DNA of 64,000 nucleotides from Heterodontus francisci (Eukaryota): assembly GCF_036365525.1 (NCBI RefSeq), contig NW_027141721.1, positions 186,001-250,000 of the forward strand. The letters run 5' to 3'. Under the pieces are notes generated by a model. That model was not told the origin of the DNA. It worked only from the letters and a program-made list of their open reading frames with translations, and did not search any database. A program made the translations under genes and the position numbers. Shown here piece after piece: positions 52,995 through 63,962 of the stretch. Numbering within the stretch: the first letter of the stretch is position 1; the number at the start of each line of letters is the position of its first letter.

Positions 52995-53650
52995 GGGCAG
53001 TACTGAGGGAGAGCTGCACTGTCAGAGGGTCAGTACTGAGAGAGTGCTGCACTGTCAGAGGGGCAGTACTGAGTGAGTGCTGCACTGTCAGAGGGTCAGT
53101 ACTGAGGGAATGCTGCACTGTCAGAGGGTCAGTACTGAGGGTGTGTTGCACTGTCAGAGGGTCAGTACTGAGTGAGTGCTGCACTGTCAGAGGGGCAGTA
53201 CTGAGGGAGTGCTGCACTGTCAGAGGGTCAGTACTGAGTGAGTGCTGCACTGTCAGAGGGTCAGTACTGAGGGTGTGTTGCACTGTCAGAGGGTCAGTAC
53301 TGAGGGAATGCTGCACTGTCAGAGGGTCTGTACTGAGGGTGTGTTGCACTGTCAGAGGGTCAGTACTGAGTGAGTGCTGCACTGTCAGAGGGTCAGTACT
53401 GAGGGAGTGCTGCACTGTCAGAGGGTCTGTACTGAGTGAGTGCTGCACTGTCAGAGCGGCAGTACTGAGTGAGTGCTGCACTGTCAGAGGGTCAGTACTG
53501 AGTGAGTGCTGCACTGTCAGAGCGGCAGTACTGAGTGAGTGCTGCACTGTCAGAGGGGCAGTACTGAGTGAGTGCTGCACTGTCAGAGCGGCAGTACTGA
53601 GTGAGTGCTGCACTGTCAGAGCGGCAGTACTGAGTGAGTGCTGCACTGTC
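52995..53650 (+). repeat. 33-bp tandem array (~20 copies) CAGTACTGAGTGAGTGCTGCACTGTCAGAGGGT
   Basis: Highly homogeneous; gives 11-aa periodic ORFs on both strands. Confidence 0.95.
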
Positions 53651-53965
53651 AGGATGCCCTCTTTCAGATGTCACCTTAAACAGAGACTCCATCCTCTTAC
53701 TCCCGTGGATATAAACGATCCCATTGGACTATTTTGAAGAAACACAGGGGAGTTCTCCCTGGTGTCCTGGCCAATAATTATCCCTCCATCAACGTCATTA
53801 AAACAGATTACCTGGTCATTCTCACATTGCTGTTTGTGGGAGCTTGCTGTGCACAAATCAGCTGCCATGATTCTTACATTACAACAGTGACTGCACTGCA
53901 GCAAAACAAGCATTTCATTGGCTGTAAAGCACTTTGGCGGGTCGTCATGAGGGTGTTATAAAATA
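53620..53965 (+). mobile_element. Deu-domain SINE (SacSINE1/AmnSINE1-like) body and tail
   Basis: gatcccattggactatttt gaagaa...ggggagttctccctggtgtcctggccaata...ctggtcattctcacattgctgtttgtgggagcttgctgtg...attggctgtaaagcactttg. Confidence 0.75.
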
Positions 53966-54829
53966 TTCTGTCAATAATTCCCTCTTTCTATTTGATATTG
54001 AAAGTCCAAGTGAATCGCTGTTTCACCTGGAAGGAGAGTTTGGGGTCCTGGACTGTTGCTGACATATTGAAGCACTTTATCATGAGAATGATCTGTCTGG
54101 GACACTCAGTGTCCATTTATGATCTAATATACACAGCCTATTGCTCAATACTGACACATTACTGATATGGGATGTATTTATCCTGTGAATATTTTCTGTC
54201 GGATACTCAGTGTCCATTAATCTGAGAGGATACAGAGCACATTGCCACAATATGACCCAGTACTGATGTCGTGCCAGTCAGATGAGTCTCACAGACTGAG
54301 GACAATGGACTGTTTAGATCAGAGGCACAGATAGGATCTCCTGAAAAGGCACCGGTACATATTCAGGTACATAGGCAAACAAGAGTGAAGACAGCCAGAG
54401 AGAGAGAGAGAGAGAGGGAGAGAGCTGTGAGAGTCGCTGTGTAACCAGGAAACGTGACATTGTGAAGCCTCTGCCCAGCTATCAATGGACCAGACACTGA
54501 CTGCTGGTCACACCCTAACATTGGGACAGTGATGGGACTGCGATGGGCTCTGTATTTAAATTTCAAGTCAAACATTGGCAAGGGTGTATTTCTCGAAGCA
54601 TTAGTCTGTATATCTGAGGGAGTTATTGACAGGCTATTGTCAAATACTGACCCATTACTGATATGGCTGGGATTAATATCAGAGCCATAGCAAGGGGCTG
54701 ATGGATTCAAACATGGAATTCTGGGAAAGATGGGCACAGCTTGTTCCAGGATTTCGGAGAGGAAAGGGATGTTGGAGATGGGACAGTATTTTGTAAGGAC
54801 AGAGGAGTCAAGGGTTGCTTCTTTTGAAG

Positions 54830-56700
54830 GAGGCATCGAGCCATTTACGGCACTGAAGAAGGCCATTCGGACCATCGTGTTCATGCTGGCTGTCCACGGT
54901 GCTGTGAAGTAAGTCCACTCCCCAAGCTCGATCCCTGTAGCCCTGCAAGTCTATTTCTCTCAGGTGGAAATCCAACTTCCTCTTGAAGTCATTGATCATC
55001 TTCGCTTTCACCACCCTGTGGGCAGCGAGTCCCAGGTCATTAACACCCGCAGTGCCAAAAATGTTCTTCCTCATATTCCCCTGCATCTCTAACCCAAACC
55101 TACAACCTCCCTATTGTACCATTAGTTAATGGGAACCGTTTTTTCTTGTCTGAGTTATCTAAGTCTGTCATAATCTTGTACATTTCTGTCAAACCACCTT
55201 TGTTCTAAGGAGAACAAACACAGTTTTTCCAACCTAACCTTGCAACTAAAGTCCCCCATCACTGGAACCATTCTGGTAAACCTTCTCTGCACCTCTCAAG
55301 GACCCTCATATCTTTCCTGAAGTGTGGTGATCAGAACTGGACACAACTCTCCAACTGGGGCCGAACCAGAGCTTTATAAGGTTCACAATGGCTTCACTGC
55401 TTTTGTGCCCTATGTCTTTATTTATGAAGCCCAAGATCCCACCTGCTTTCCTAACCACTCTCTCACGATGTCCTGCCACCTTCAAAGATGTGTGCACATA
55501 CACCCCCAGGTCCCTCTGTCCCTGCACAATCTTTACAACTGTGCCATTAAGTATATATTGCATCTCCCTATTCCTTCTGCTAAAATGCATCATCTCACAC
55601 TTGTCAGTATGAAATTCCATTGACCACCTCTCTGTCCATTCTGCTAGCCTATCTATGCCCTGATCCAGGCAGTTCATATCATCCACACTGTTTGCCGCAC
55701 CTCCAAGTTTGGTGTGGAGAGCAAATTTTGAGATTCTGCTCTGTATTTCAAGATCCAAGTCATTTATATATAGCAGAAAAAGCAGTGGTCCCAGCACTGA
55801 CCCATGGGGGAACAACACTGACTACCATCCCTCAGTCTAAAAAGCAACCATTTACTACGATTCGCTGTTTCCTGTCCTGACGGCACTTTTTCAGGGAAAT
55901 TTCGGGACAGGTGGGGATGTGGTAGGAATATGGGATTAGTGTAGGATTAGTATAAATGGGTGGTTGACGGTCGGCACAGACTCGGTGGGCCGAAGGGCCT
56001 GTTTCAGTGCTGTATCTCTAAACTAAACTAAACTGAACACTGACCCTCTCATCCATGAGCCTCAGTTGTGTTAACCAGCCTTTTATGTGGTAAATTGTCA
56101 AGCGCTTTCTTAAAATCCACATAAACAACATCCACCACATTCACTCCATCGACCTTCTCTGTTGCTTCATCAAAGAATTTAATTAGATTAGTCAATAATG
56201 TTCTGCCTTTTGAAAATCCATGCTGGCTATCCTTAATTAAACTCGAACCTCTCCAACCGTCTATTGATTTTTCTCTGATTATTGTTTCTAGAACCTTACC
56301 CATCAGTGATGTTAAACTAAGTGGCCTGTAGTTGCTCGGACTGTCCTTACACCCTTTCTTGAATATGGATTTGCCACTCTGTCATCCTCTGGCACCTCCC
56401 CCATAACCAGGGAAGATTTGAAGATTACGGCAAGCCCTTCTTCTATCTCTATCCCCCACTTCCTTTCGCAACCTGGGATACAAGTTATCTGAACCAGGTG
56501 ACTTATCCACCCAAAGCATAGCCAGCCCTTTTAGTACCAGCTCTCAATTGTTATCCTATCCATTGCCTCTACTCTCTCTGCTTCTACAGATAATTTTCAG
56601 CCTCCAGTTCCTTCGTGAACACTGATACAAAGTTCTCATTAAGTATATTAGCTTTGCCCTGTGCCTCAAAGCACATATTACTCTCTCCGTCCTTACTTGA
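54830..56700 (-). mobile_element. CR1 fragments (-) with a SINE 3' end inserted at ~55900-56035 (+)
   Basis: PHGSVLGPLLFLLYINDL; DSQHGFSKGR..LTNL; SINE tail gggccgaagggcctgtttcagtgctgtatctctaaactaaactaaa. Confidence 0.8.
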
Positions 56701-57199
56701 CCCCTCTTTACCTCTTACTACTCACTTACTATTTACGTGCTGGTAGTAGATCTTTGAGCCCCTTTTATGAATCTCCCTCTCCGCTTTCCACATTGAGGCT
56801 GAAATGGGCTTTGTTTGCAACGATTACATCATCCAGGTCTGATCAGATACTCGGAGCTTTTGTGAACGAATTCCCATCAACCTCAACAAGTTGTGCAATT
56901 TCCCCATTTGTCAGTGTTTTACCCCCTTCTGATGTTGTTCAATTTGTTAGTGTTTTTCCCCTGCTGAAGTTGTTGCTGTATTTATTGTCTTTTTTTCACT
57001 GAAGTTGTTGTTGAACTTGTTGGTGTCTTTCCCCAGCTGAAGTTGCTGCTGCATTGCTTGATGTACTTCCCTGAAGTTGTTGGTGAAGTTGTAGGTGTTT
57101 CCCCTGCTGACGTTATGAGAATATTAGTTGTTTTCTTTACTCCCCCCTTCCCCTAAAGTTGCAGGATTTGTTGGTGATTGCTTCCTGAAGTTGTTGTTG

Positions 57200-58545
57200 A
57201 ATTTGTTGGTGTAATTTTCCTGTTGAAGTTGTTGTGATGTTTGTTTTTATTTCTCCTGAAGAAGTTGTTGAATTTGTTGGTGTCTTTCTGCTCCTGAAGT
57301 TGTTGTATTTGTTGTTCTTTTTCCCCCTCCTGAAGTAGTTGTTGAATTCCCCTGTTCCTCCTGAACATGTTACACTCACCACCCCTCATGACTCAGCTTA
57401 CACTATAAGTGTATCCCTGAGTGAAATCTCTCTAATGTGCAGGTAATATCTGCTTCCAGCGTCTCCCTGGGACCCTGTTCCACAGAGCGACCTCCTGCTC
57501 ATTGAAATAACCTTTCTGCAGGTTCGTTTCCAGGTCAAATAATTAAAACATTAAGTAACTATTACAACAAAGAGTATTGTCCCTTTTCCCTCAAGGGGGC
57601 TGGAATAGAAAGCGCTGGATGTTGTGTTACTGTTGTATGCAGCTCGGATTAGACCCCTTCTGGAGAAACCATGTTCAGTTCTGTGCATCAAAACTCAGGA
57701 AGGATGTCTCAGCCTTGGAGGTAATGACACCAGGTCTAAAAGGGTTAAATTAGCTTCACAGTTTGCATGGCCTAATGTCATATTCTCTTAAGTGTAGGAG
57801 ATTAAAGGGTGATCTCATTGAAATATTTAGGACGATTAAAGGATTCGATGATGTTAATGGACAGAAACAATTTCCTCTGCTGGGGGAGTCCAGGGCAAGG
57901 TGGGGTGGGGCTGTTCAGGAGTGATGTCAGGAAACGCTGGTTCACACAGCTGGTAGTGGAAATCTGGAATTCTATCCCTCAAAAGCTCTACAGATGGGGG
58001 TGTGAGGGGGGTTAATCAGACATTACAAAGCAGAGCTTGCTAGATTGATGTTAGGTGAGGGTATTAAATGATATGGAACCCAGATGGGCAAATGGAAATA
58101 AGTTGTAGATGATCCATGATCTCCCTGAATGGCGGAACAAGCTTGAATGGGCCGAATGGCCCATTCCTGCTGCCAGGATTTCTCATTTTCCTCTGTCAGG
58201 ATTTGAGTGAGCTGGATTATCCAGGGTGGAAGCACTGACCAGAAAAGAATGGAGCAGCACGAGGTTTGGGGAATGCTGGGCAGACCCACCATGCACAGTC
58301 ACATCCCTTCTGACCCCATCCCTCAGCAATTATTTAAGAGTGAGTGTTCCCTCCCAGAACAAAAACACTGGATTTCCATGATCAGATGGGAAAGTCATTC
58401 CAGCAAAATCAAAACCTTCTTGAGACGGTCATGTTCAGCGTTCATAGATGTGTTGAGCAGACAGAGACTGCAATAAAACTTTAAAGACACAGTTTACAAT
58501 CAGATTTACAATCACACCGGGTGGTCAGGGAGTCAAACACGTTAA
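57200..58545 (-). repeat. Inverted paralog of 5680-6300 (at 57200-57810) and 690-1095 (at 58140-58545)
   Basis: For example gtgtaagctgagtcatgaggggtggtgagtgtaacatgtt (6101) vs its reverse complement at ~57365-57405. Confidence 0.85.
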
Positions 58546-58549
58546 AAAC

Positions 58550-59240
58550 ACGTTAAACACGGAAAAACACCAAAACATTCAGCAACAACCTCAACAGGAA
58601 AAACACCAACAAATTCAACAATAACTTCAGGAGAAAAACAACAACATCGAGAAAAAACACCAATAGATTCAACATCAAATTTAGCAGGAGACAAACAGGA
58701 AAAAATACAAAAACAACTGCACCAGAAAAATAACCCACGAACAAGCTCAGCAATAACTTTAACAGGAGAAAAATAAAGTACGAATAAAATCAACAACAAC
58801 TTCAACAGGAGAAAAACACCAACAAAGTCAACAACAACTTTAGCAGGAGAAAAACACCAACAAATTCAACAACAACCTCAAGAGGAAAAGCACCAACAAA
58901 TTCAACAACAAGAAAAACACCAACAAATTCAACAACAACTTCAGCAGGAGAAAACAACAACAAATTCAAAACAACAACCTCAACAGGGAAAACACCATCA
59001 AATTCAACAACAACTTCAACAGGAAAAACATCAACAAATTCAACAACAACTTCAGCAGGAGAAAAACACCAACAATTTCAATAACAACCTCAACAGGAAA
59101 AACACCAAAAAATTCAACAACAACCTCAACAGGAAAAAAAGCAACAAATGCAACAACAACTTCAACAGGAAAAACACCAACAAAGTCAACAACAACTTCA
59201 GCTGGAGAAAAAAACAGCAAATTCAACAACAACCTCAGCA
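58550..59240 (+). repeat. CAA-rich satellite, best-conserved block
   Basis: Tandem aacaaattcaacaacaac(t/c)tca(g/a)cagga(g)aaaaacacc. Confidence 0.9.
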
Positions 59241-59379
59241 GGCTCTGCACGTTGTCTGTTCGTGGGATCTTGCCTTGTAGAAACTGGCTGCCACACTTCC
59301 TGCATTACAGCAGTGGCTGTACTTCGAAACAGTCGCAAAGAATATGGGAATAGCAAAACATATGAGATTAGCAAAACTG

Positions 59380-60250
59380 TGAGATCTTGGGCTTCATAAA
59401 TAGCGGCAGAGCCTACAAAATATGGGAAGTTATGCTGAATCTTTATAAAGCTCTAGTTAGGCCACAACTGGACAATTGCATCCAGTTCTGGTCACCACAC
59501 TTTAGGAAGGAGGTGAGTTTCCTTGAGAGGTTGCAGAGGAGATTTACCAGAATGGTTCCAGGGATGGGGGATTTTAGTTACAAGGTTAGGTTGGAAAACC
59601 TGGAGAAAATGAGATTGAGTGGAGACCTGATAGAGGTGTGCAAGATTGTGACAGGTTTAGATGAGGATCACAAAGAAAAGCTGCTCCTCACCCAGGAGTC
59701 AGTTCCCCAGCTCCACTGACTAGTCCCACAGTGTTGGTGTTCCTGCTCCTCGCTCCAGCTGCAGGGAATTTACAGCACAGAAACAGACCATTCGGCCAGA
59801 CACGTCCATGTAGGCCTTTTTGGTCCACACGAACATCGTTCCACGCCCTCTTCATCTCGCCCCCAGCCGCATCTCCTTCTGTTCCTCTCTCCCTCATGTC
59901 CTATGCAGCTTCCCCATCCCCCCAAGCTTAAATACATCTTGCCTATTCCCCTCAGCCTGTGGTAATGAGTTCCACATTCTCCCCACTCTCTGGGTGAAGA
60001 TGTTTCTCCCGAATTCCAAATTGGATTTATTGGTGACTGTCTTATATTGATGACCCCTCCCCCTTTTTCTGGTCTCACCTGCAAATGGAAAAAATCTTCT
60101 CCACAATAATGTGATCAAAACCCGTTTCATAATCTTAAAGAGCTCTATCAGGTCACTCCTCAGCCTTCTCTTTTCTAGGGAAAAGAGCCCCAGTCTGTTC
60201 AGTCTTTTCCTGATCATTAAAACCTCTCAGTTCTGATATCATCCTTGAAC
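59380..60250. mobile_element. CR1 fragments (59380-59690 +, 59770-60250 -) downstream of the minus-strand V
   Basis: LYKALVRPQL..CIQFWSPHFRK; LGLFSLEKRRLRSDLIE. Confidence 0.8.
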
Positions 60251-60356
60251 ATCTTTCTGTGTCTTCTTCATGTCGAAGACATGTTCACACTGCAGTAGAT
60301 AAACCCAACAGGATACAGAGCTGCAGGCTTTTATCTGAAACAGGTGTTTCTGTTGG

Positions 60357-60395
60357 TGTTTTTGTTGAACTGCTCCATCTCTCTGAGTCACTGTG
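60357..60395 (-). promoter_or_regulatory. 23-bp-spacer recombination signal sequence (23-RSS)
   Basis: Minus strand: CACAGTG + actcagagagatggagcagttca (23 nt) + ACAAAAACA, immediately 3' of the V exon. Confidence 0.95.
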
Positions 60396-60888
60396 CAGAC
60401 TCCAGGCACAGAAATACAGCGCCGAGCGATTCTCCTGCAGGCTGGAGGACTCCAGGTTGAACTGGGAACCAGTCGGTCGTTTGGCAGTGAAACCCTCCAC
60501 CGTCCCCTCTGAGTTCACACTTGGTGTAACTGCGGAGTAAAACATCAGCCGCAGCTCCTTCCCCAGGTCCTGTCTGTACCAGAACATGTAACCGCTACTC
60601 TCGCCCTCCACACGGCACTCCAGTCCCACTCCCTCCCCAGGAAATCTGGAGACGGCGGTGGGAGTCTGGCGGACCCTCGCTGAGATCGCGCCTGAAGGAA
60701 GAGACCGGGAGAGAAGAAGGTCAGTGAACAGGGACAATCTGGGATGTGAAGAATGAAGGAAGGAGAGAAAGATAGAGAGAAAGAAAATAAGAAAGAGAGC
60801 TGTTAACACAAACAATGGGGGTGTGGGGTGGAGGTGAGAAAGATCCCTTACTTTGAAATAAGACCATGAGACTCAGTAACAGATACAT
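60396..60888 (-). CDS. TRBV: T-cell receptor beta-type V gene segment (TRBV30-like), apparently functional: leader exon 60888-60852, V exon 60691-60396
   Basis: Leader ATG...MYLLLSLMVLFQ+A|gtaag; phase-1 intron ending tcttccttcag. The V exon reads (S)AISARVRQTPTAVSRFPGEGVGLECRVEGESSGYMFWYRQDLGKELRLMFYS...FTAKRPTGSQFNLESSSLQENRSALYFCAWS, with both Ig Cys, WYRQ and the CAWS end typical of TRBV30-like genes. An RSS follows directly. Confidence 0.9.
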
Positions 60889-62698
60889 CTTCCACTGGAA
60901 GCTTATCCTGCAATTGGGAAATCAGTGGAAAGAAGAGATTTGAGTCTTGTGAGAAGCCACATGAAGACTCAAGCAAGTGATTCAGGTTTGTCCAACACCT
61001 TCCTCCCTGATGAGGTACCCACGCCCCTCTCTCTACCATTGGCTGCCAGTAGTTGCTGTTGCATTTGTTGGTATAGATCTGCTGCTGAAGTTGTTGTTGT
61101 ATTTGTTGTTGTATTTGCTGGTGCTTTTCTCCGACTGAGGTTGTTGAATTTGTTAGTGTTTGAATCTTCTGCTGATCTGTTGTTGAATTTGTTGGTGTTT
61201 GAATCTCCTGCTGATCTGTTCTTGAATTTGTTGGCGTTGTTTTCCTTTTGAGGTCGTTGTTGTGTTTGTTGGTGTTTTCCCTGCTGACGTTTTTGTTGTA
61301 CTTGTTTCCTTCCCTGCTTCAGTTGTTGTTCAATTTGGTTTTTGCATGTTGTTGTATTTTTTGGAGTTTTTTCCCCCCTGCTGAGGTTATTTTCTCTTTT
61401 TTAATTCATTCATGAGATTTTGGTTGTGGCCAGCATTTATTGTCCATCCCTAATCGTCTAATTGAGAAGGTGGTGCTGAGCTGCCTTCTTGAACCGCTGC
61501 AGTCATGTGGGGTAGGTTGACCCACAGTGCTGTTAGGAAGAGAGTTTCAGGATTTTGACCCAGTGACAGTGAAGAATTTTCACAATGACTGGACTTCAGT
61601 GCGGTGAAGAACTTAACGCTATAACTCCCGTTTAGCAGAAGGGGGTGAAATAAAACTGTCTTGGCCCCGAAACAAGGCAGCAGGTTGACGGGTCGCATTG
61701 GGTCATAGAATCATGCAGGTCAAATCCAGGCCGTTCAGCCCATCGATCCTGGCCTGGCAGCTCGAAAGAGCGACTTCCTCCCATCTTTCTTCGTCTTACC
61801 CTATCAACAGATTCTTCTATTCCTTTCTCACTCATGTATTTATTCAGCTCCCCCTTAACTGCATCGTCTCTATTCGACCTCAACCCATTCCATTTGGTCT
61901 GTAATTCCACATTATCACCGCTCCCTGGGTTAAAGAACCTCCTCCTGAATTCCCAATTGGATTTATTAAGGACTACCTTACATTTATGATCCCTTATTTT
62001 CATCTTCCCTGTCCAATTGCTCCCACTCCCTGTTCTTTCTGAATAACCCTGCTCTTGATCTTGCAGCTTGTCTGCCTCCTTCCCGACATGACAACAGTGA
62101 CTGCACGTCAAAATGTATTTGACTGGTTAAGGCTTGAGTGAAGCAGAGAACTGTCGGGCCGAATGGCGCGGATCTTTGCATTAACTTCCATCTAGTTCTG
62201 TGCCACAAGCGCCAACACGAGTCGAGTAGGAGAATATAACTAATGACTGAAACAGGTTCAGTATCTGACAATGAAACGCCTGCAGAATCAGTGCTTGCAG
62301 TTGCACCTGGAGCCACTAGGTGCCAGTGTTACTCCACTGTAGCCGCTGCCCAGAACATGCTCAGACAGAGTGAGCTTTACCCACAGCAGCTCCACAGGTC
62401 AACTTGGCTGCTTCTGAAATGTTTCACTTCTCAACTATTTCACAGACACACAAAAAAAAAAACGCAGTTGGACTTCATCATGTTTGGTCTTTAATAGTGA
62501 CCAGAGCACCCCGGATTCGCCTGAGGCCTCCTTAGCTCAGCCCATGAAATGACCTGTCAACATGTCAACATGTGGGAGCCAATGAACCATCAGGAATTTG
62601 CACCCCCTCCCTCCCCCCAATGGGAACATGAAACAGTGGGGAGGAGGAGACAGTAAATGTCACTCAGAACATTGAGATTTTCTGCAATAAACCAGCTC

Positions 62699-62708
62699 AG
62701 TGATTTCA
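62699..62708 (+). promoter_or_regulatory. Candidate V-beta promoter decamer (CRE-like)
   Basis: AGTGATTTCA lies ~35 nt upstream of the leader ATG, one mismatch from the mammalian Vbeta decamer AGTGAYRTCA. A CCAAT is present at ~62579. Confidence 0.4.
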
Positions 62709-62742
62709 CACAATGAACACATGGATCTGTCTCCCTCCAGAG

Positions 62743-63636
62743 ATGACTGTGTCTCACCTCTGCGTTGTGTTGCTGGTGTTAAGGGGTAAGGTGGACCTCG
62801 ACTGGGAGATGTCAGTCATCTTCACTGCTCTTTCCCTGTGTGACCCCATTGGGAGTTTACCCCCTTACAAGGCACCGTCACTGTGATTGTTAATTTAGCT
62901 GCTCTCTTTCTCTTTTTGTATCCCTTTCTCTATCTCTCTTTCTCTCTGTCTAACAATAAATGTTCCTCTATGTCTGTCCCTCCCAGTCTCCCTGTCTCTC
63001 TGTCTCTCTTACTCTCTCTCCCTGTCCTCTTAGCTCCTTCATGTCTGTTGCCGATGTCTAGAATGTTGCTGTTTTTCTCTCTCTGTCTGTGCTTCCCTCT
63101 CTCTCTCTCTCTCTGTCTCTGCTTCTCTCCTTTTCTCTCACTCTTTTTCACTCTATGTCTCTCTCTCTCTTTGCAGCTCCCCGTCTCCCACCTCTCCCTT
63201 CTTACGAAGAAACACGGGACATTTAGGGCACACAGCAGGTCATTCAGCCCATCGTGCCTCTCCCCTCTTCGTGGCCGATGTCAATTTAAACATTGTCCCT
63301 GGGTTTATCTCTCTCTCTCTCTCTCTCTGTTTTACAGATGTGGGGGCCGTGTTGATGCAACAGATTCCCGCTTCCATATCCTATTCCCCAGGCTCTCCAG
63401 TCAGTATCCAGTGTATTTACACAAAGGCAGATGCTGGCTCCGATATCCACTGGTACCCGTGGCATCCGGACCGTGAGCCCGAGAACCTTTTCTATTCCAC
63501 CTCTGCTGGAACAGTCATTCCCTCCAGAGAGGTTGGCGGTTTCACCGCCAGGAGACCCAGCAACACCCATTTTTCCCTGGAGTCCACCAGCCTGTGGGTG
63601 AATCAATCAGCCGTGTATTACTGTGCCTGGAGTCTG
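62743..63636 (+). CDS. TRBV: T-cell receptor beta-type V gene segment, second family: leader exon 62743-62785, V exon 63338-63636
   Basis: Leader MTVSHLCVVLLVLR+G|gtaag; acceptor tttacag. V exon DVGAVLMQQIPASISYSPGSPVSIQCIYTK...IHWYPWHPDREPENLFYS...FTARRPSNTHFSLESTSLWVNQSAVYYCAWS is open, with conserved Cys/Trp/Cys. Confidence 0.88.
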
Positions 63637-63675
63637 CACAGTGACTCAGAAAGGTGCCAGATTTCAGCAAAAACT
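63637..63675 (+). promoter_or_regulatory. 23-RSS
   Basis: CACAGTG + actcagaaaggtgccagatttca (23 nt) + GCAAAAACT. Confidence 0.92.
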
Positions 63676-63764
63676 CTAAAGGGGGAGGAAAGCACTTGTG
63701 GGAGATGAACCCGTCTGTCTATCTCAGTGTCTTTCTGTCTCTCTGACTATCTGCAGGTTTCTGT

Positions 63765-63962
63765 NNNNNNNNNNNNNNNNNNNNNNNNNNNNNNNNNNNN
63801 NNNNNNNNNNNNNNNNNNNNNNNNNNNNNNNNNNNNNNNNNNNNNNNNNNNNNNNNNNNNNNNNNNNNNNNNNNNNNNNNNNNNNNNNNNNNNNNNNNNN
63901 NNNNNNNNNNNNNNNNNNNNNNNNNNNNNNNNNNNNNNNNNNNNNNNNNNNNNNNNNNNNNN
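63765..63962. other. Assembly gap (N run)
   Basis: Run of N. Confidence 1.

Noticed and set aside
52849-53737. 265/287-aa ORFs with 11-aa Cys-rich repeats; the array looks superficially CRISPR-like
   Set aside because: 33-bp SINE-derived tandem repeat with no unique spacers, in eukaryotic DNA.
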